A DNA stretch of 64,000 nt from Hemiscyllium ocellatum (lineage: Eukaryota): assembly GCF_020745735.1 (NCBI RefSeq), contig NC_083409.1, forward strand, positions 18,496,341 through 18,560,340, in the 5' to 3' direction. The position numbers were made by a program, and so were the translations under genes. Numbering within the stretch: the stretch's first letter is position 1; each line of letters begins with the position of its first letter. Below the pieces are notes generated by a model that worked only from the letters and a program-made list of their open reading frames with translations, was not told the origin of the DNA and searched no databases. Below are positions 60,500-64,000 of the stretch, piece by piece.

Positions 60500-61195
60500 T
60501 AACCAATGGCCCTTGACATTCAATGGTATTACCATCACTGAATCTTCCACAATGAACATCATGGGGGTTATCATGGACCAGAAACTCATTTGGACTCATT
60601 ATATAAATACTTTGGGCTACAAGGGCAGGTCAGAGGCTTGGAATACTGTGGTGTATAACTCACCTCCTAATTCCCCATAGCAAATCCACCGAGTACAAAG
60701 CACAAGTCAGGAGTTTGATGGAATCTGCCCCACTTGCCTGAATGAGTGCAGCTCCAGTAACACACAAAAAGCTCGCCACATCCAAGGCAAAGGAGCCCAC
60801 TTGATTGGCACCACATCCGCAAGCAGCCATGCCCTCCACCACCCTCCACTCAGTAGCAGCAGTGTGTACAATCTACAAGATGCATTGCAGAAATTCAGAG
60901 ATCTTCAGCCAGATCCTCCAAATCTGTGACCATTTAGATCAAGAAGGACAAGAGCAGCAGACCGCCACCTGCAAGTTCCCCTCCAAGCCACTCATCATTC
61001 TGACTTCGAAAAATATCATTGTTTCTTCAGGATTGCTGAATCAAATTCCGGAAATTCCCTCCCGAAGGGCATTGTGGGTCTACCTACAGCTCATGGACTG
61101 CAGTGGTTACAAAAGATAGCTTACCATGTTCTCAAAAGCAACTAGGATCGGTGAATAAATGCTGGCCAGCCGGCGATGCCCAGACCCTCTGAGTC
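60500..61195 (+). mobile_element. 3' end of the second LINE family
   Basis: YKAQVRSLMESAPLA-type C-terminus; tail GAATAAATGCTGGCCAGCCGGCGATGCCC. Related pieces at ~50130-50495 (+) and ~47760-47990 (-). Confidence 0.7.
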
Positions 61196-61544
61196 ATTTA
61201 AAAAATGGTCATTGAGGAGTTTAGAATTAAAATGGGGTTCATTGGTACTCAATGAGCATCGAGGAATTTTTTTTGTTCATTCATGAAATGTGGATGTCAC
61301 TGACTGGCCAGCCCTTATTGCACCTTCCTGGTTGTCCTTGAGAAGATGGTGCAGAGCTAGACCCACAATCTCATTAGGGAGGGACTTCTAAGAAGCAGTG
61401 ACAGATTTCCAAGTCAGGATAGTGACCACTGTTTACAAGTTGAGTCACTCACTTACTCAATCTACATACTTTAACTCCAACCAGCATCACGTTTGTCACA
61501 TTATTACTGACAAATAGGAAAAAAGGATTACATGGAGTTATTAC

Positions 61545-61691
61545 CTTCACTTCATTTAAATTCTGTGGGTTCCTCGCTCGTTTGAAGAACAAAGAGCTAA
61601 TTTGGCTTGGCTTCATCCACGGGGCTGGGCTGGCATAGAGGTCGTCAGAAAAGATGTCAGCAAAGATTTCCCTCGTCACATTAAAGATAAG
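61545..61691 (-). CDS. CEP350: CEP350 coding exon
   Basis: Acceptor TTTTACTACTTCCAG, donor GTAATA; 147 nt, phase 0/0; LIFNVTREIFADIFSDDLYASPAPWMKPSQISSLFFKRARNPQNLNEVK. Confidence 0.9.
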
Positions 61692-63455
61692 CTGGAAGTA
61701 GTAAAAGAGTAACAAAGAAAATATTATATTAGATATGTCCTCTCCACCCAAAAAAAAGCTTGTTAGATCACGACAGTGAAAATAAAAGGGAATACTGTTC
61801 AAAATATATAAAATAACAACTGTTTGATTCACGATCTGAATCAAGGATAAATTTAGAATTTCATTGATTGCAGTAGAGAAGGCAAAAGAGAGATGACAGA
61901 AGGGGTTTAAAACGATTGCAGAACTACCAAGGCTAGGTGCAGATGTATTAGACAAGATTACCGACATAATACTAAGGAAGGCACCACAACATAAAAGCAG
62001 GCAAATCTTTGAAACAAAATGAATGACATCTGTGGGACATGCTGTAAATAGAAAACAAACTATCATGGCTCCAATTATTACCTCCTAAAATTCGACCAGA
62101 GGGTTGGAGGGCAGCGAACTCCTCATTCAATAAGAAGAAAAACAGGAATTTCTCAATCAGTTAGTTTTGTGTCATTTGTTGGTAAATTAAGAGTAAACAG
62201 CATGGAGTGAAAGACGAGCAGTTAAAGAGACAATAGCAATTAGCATGAATTTCTAATTAGCAGGTTGTGAACTAGCAAGCGATTTGACAAGGCTGTATTA
62301 GTAAAGGAGCAGATTAGTGGGAAAAAAGTGTACATGGTTTACATGGATTTTCAGAAAGTATTTCAAGTAGTTACCTCTGAGAAGACCAAAGGCAAAACTC
62401 AGGGGCACCTCAAATGAAGGGGAGCACAGTCAAGTGAATAGAGGTAGTTGGGAAAATGCAGGTCAGGGTAAAATAAAGATTTCACACAAGAAAGGTGTGG
62501 AGAATGGAAGGGCTCCACAGGAGCCCATACTCAGATCGTCCTTAATTGTTATCGTAATAAACACAATCTTGACTTGGGAATTTAAGAGAAAGGAATCAAA
62601 TGATTCCAACTTGGGTTGAAGGGACAGAGATGGAACTGTACTGCAGTGACAGTTACAGAAGAATATTTACCGAAAGATGGAATTGAAGTTAAGAGTGGGA
62701 TGAAGTAATACATTGTGTGGATAAGAAAAGGAATTACACCTGAAATGGTAAGATCCTAATCAGATGAGAGCAAAGGCCACATAGACACAAACAATTACAG
62801 CCACGTTAAGCTGCATAAGATCTTAGAATACTTTGGTCAACTTTGGGAATCTCAACATCGTGCAAATTCTCAAGATGTTATCAGGAAAAGAGGTACAGAC
62901 ATGATCACAGATTGAGAAGTTCAACCTTTCAGGCTTTCTTTATCTGAAAATTACGGAATGACCTGTGATTCTAGCTTCTAGATCAAGATTCTAGAGAGTT
63001 TTAAGAAGGTGAATAATAATCAAATATTGTATTATCAACCAATGGAAACAGCAATAGAAAGACAGAAACGATAGAGAAAAATTTGAAAAAAAAACACTGA
63101 GTGGCTGGAAGGGACACTATATATTATGTAAATAGAAACGGAATCTACAGATTCTCAGACTGGGCAAAGTTATGACAGATGGGATTTAACGGATAACAAT
63201 ATGATGAGGATGAGGATGATAAATTAATAATGGGAGAGTACAAACAGTGGAGGAGAAAGGGGCTTTGGATTTTTAGGGAAGGGGCAAAATGGTAAATTGA
63301 ATTCAATGCAGTCATCAGCATCAAGATAATGTTTTTAACATGCTCTGTTATACATATCATCAATCAGAGCTGCAATGGAGCACTCTTAACCCATATGTTT
63401 CTTGCTTAACAAAGAAAAAATAATTTGGTTTTCAAATGCAAAATCTGGGTCTCAC

Positions 63456-63695
63456 CTCACAATAAGCTCTTCTGCTGACACTCTCATCATCCTTCCATTT
63501 ATAATTCCCGAAGTCTGGGGGTATTTGCAAATCCCCCAAATCATGGCCAAGTTCCTGCCATTTGTACAGCTCCTCAGCCGCTCCATGAACCAGTGTCACA
63601 ATCTCGACTGCATCTTCAGGAAAAGCAAAGTTAATTTCCCCTTGGATTTTTCGGGGCACATCTTTTCGGGACTGGGGCTCCTGCACTGGGCTGCC
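63456..63695 (-). CDS. CEP350: CEP350 coding exon
   Basis: Acceptor TACTTTGCAACAG, donor GTGAGA; 240 nt, phase 0/0; GSPVQ...LVHGAAEELYKWQELGHDLGDLQIPP...ESVSRRAYCE, compared with recalled human LVHNAAEELWKWKELGHDL. Confidence 0.9.
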
Positions 63696-64000
63696 CTGTT
63701 GCAAAGTACACAAACTGTTGGTCAATCTAGATACTGAAGGTCAGGAACAAAAATGATGGAATTCATTTCAAAACATTAATGAACAATACATGGTTTTAAT
63801 AAACTGTGAAATCAAAGCATGAAAACAGGAGACAAACAAACGACGACCTTTGTTTTATATCTCAGAATATGTCTGACAAATCAGACACAGGCTGGAATTC
63901 ATTTCCAATTTATTCTCAGCCATGTAATTAAAGTCAAGGTTTCCACATGGAGTGAGATCCAGATCATTAACAGTATATTTTTTAAGACTGAGTACTCAAA

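Noticed and set aside
61449-62066. 205-aa minus-strand ORF as a membrane protein gene
   Set aside because: Only 61545-61691 is a real CEP350 exon; the rest is intron and antisense CR1 sequence that happens to be open.

Overview
Repeat-dense cartilaginous-fish (shark) genomic DNA. A carpet/bamboo-shark-type genome is inferred from the repeat families and the Ig sequence. Three host loci lie among CR1, L2 and L1 LINEs, SINEs and a Gypsy relic. (1) One unrearranged Ig kappa (NS4/type III) light-chain cluster on +: leader 21184-21232, V 21419-21706 with 12-RSS, J 22168-22202 with 23-RSS, C 32899-33227. V is a multiply disabled pseudogene, J has lost FGxG, and C is intact. (2) The last two exons of an RNase L (RNASEL) gene on -, at 44805-44929 and 39102-39222. 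They encode the KEN nuclease core but carry a broken splice acceptor and an in-frame stop, and I could not find ankyrin or pseudokinase exons. (3) The last four coding exons of CEP350 on -, at 63456-63695, 61545-61691, 57619-57741 and 54824-54988. RNASEL and CEP350 both map to human 1q25, so the kappa cluster appears tied to the 1q MHC-paralogous block. Other notable items: several short Penelope-type elements with minimal hammerhead-ribozyme cores, some as hairpins; a tRNA-Ala/V-SINE chimera inserted as one unit with a 6-bp target-site duplication; and a candidate EICE-containing B-cell enhancer. Homology calls come from motif recall, not database searches. Repeat boundaries are approximate.
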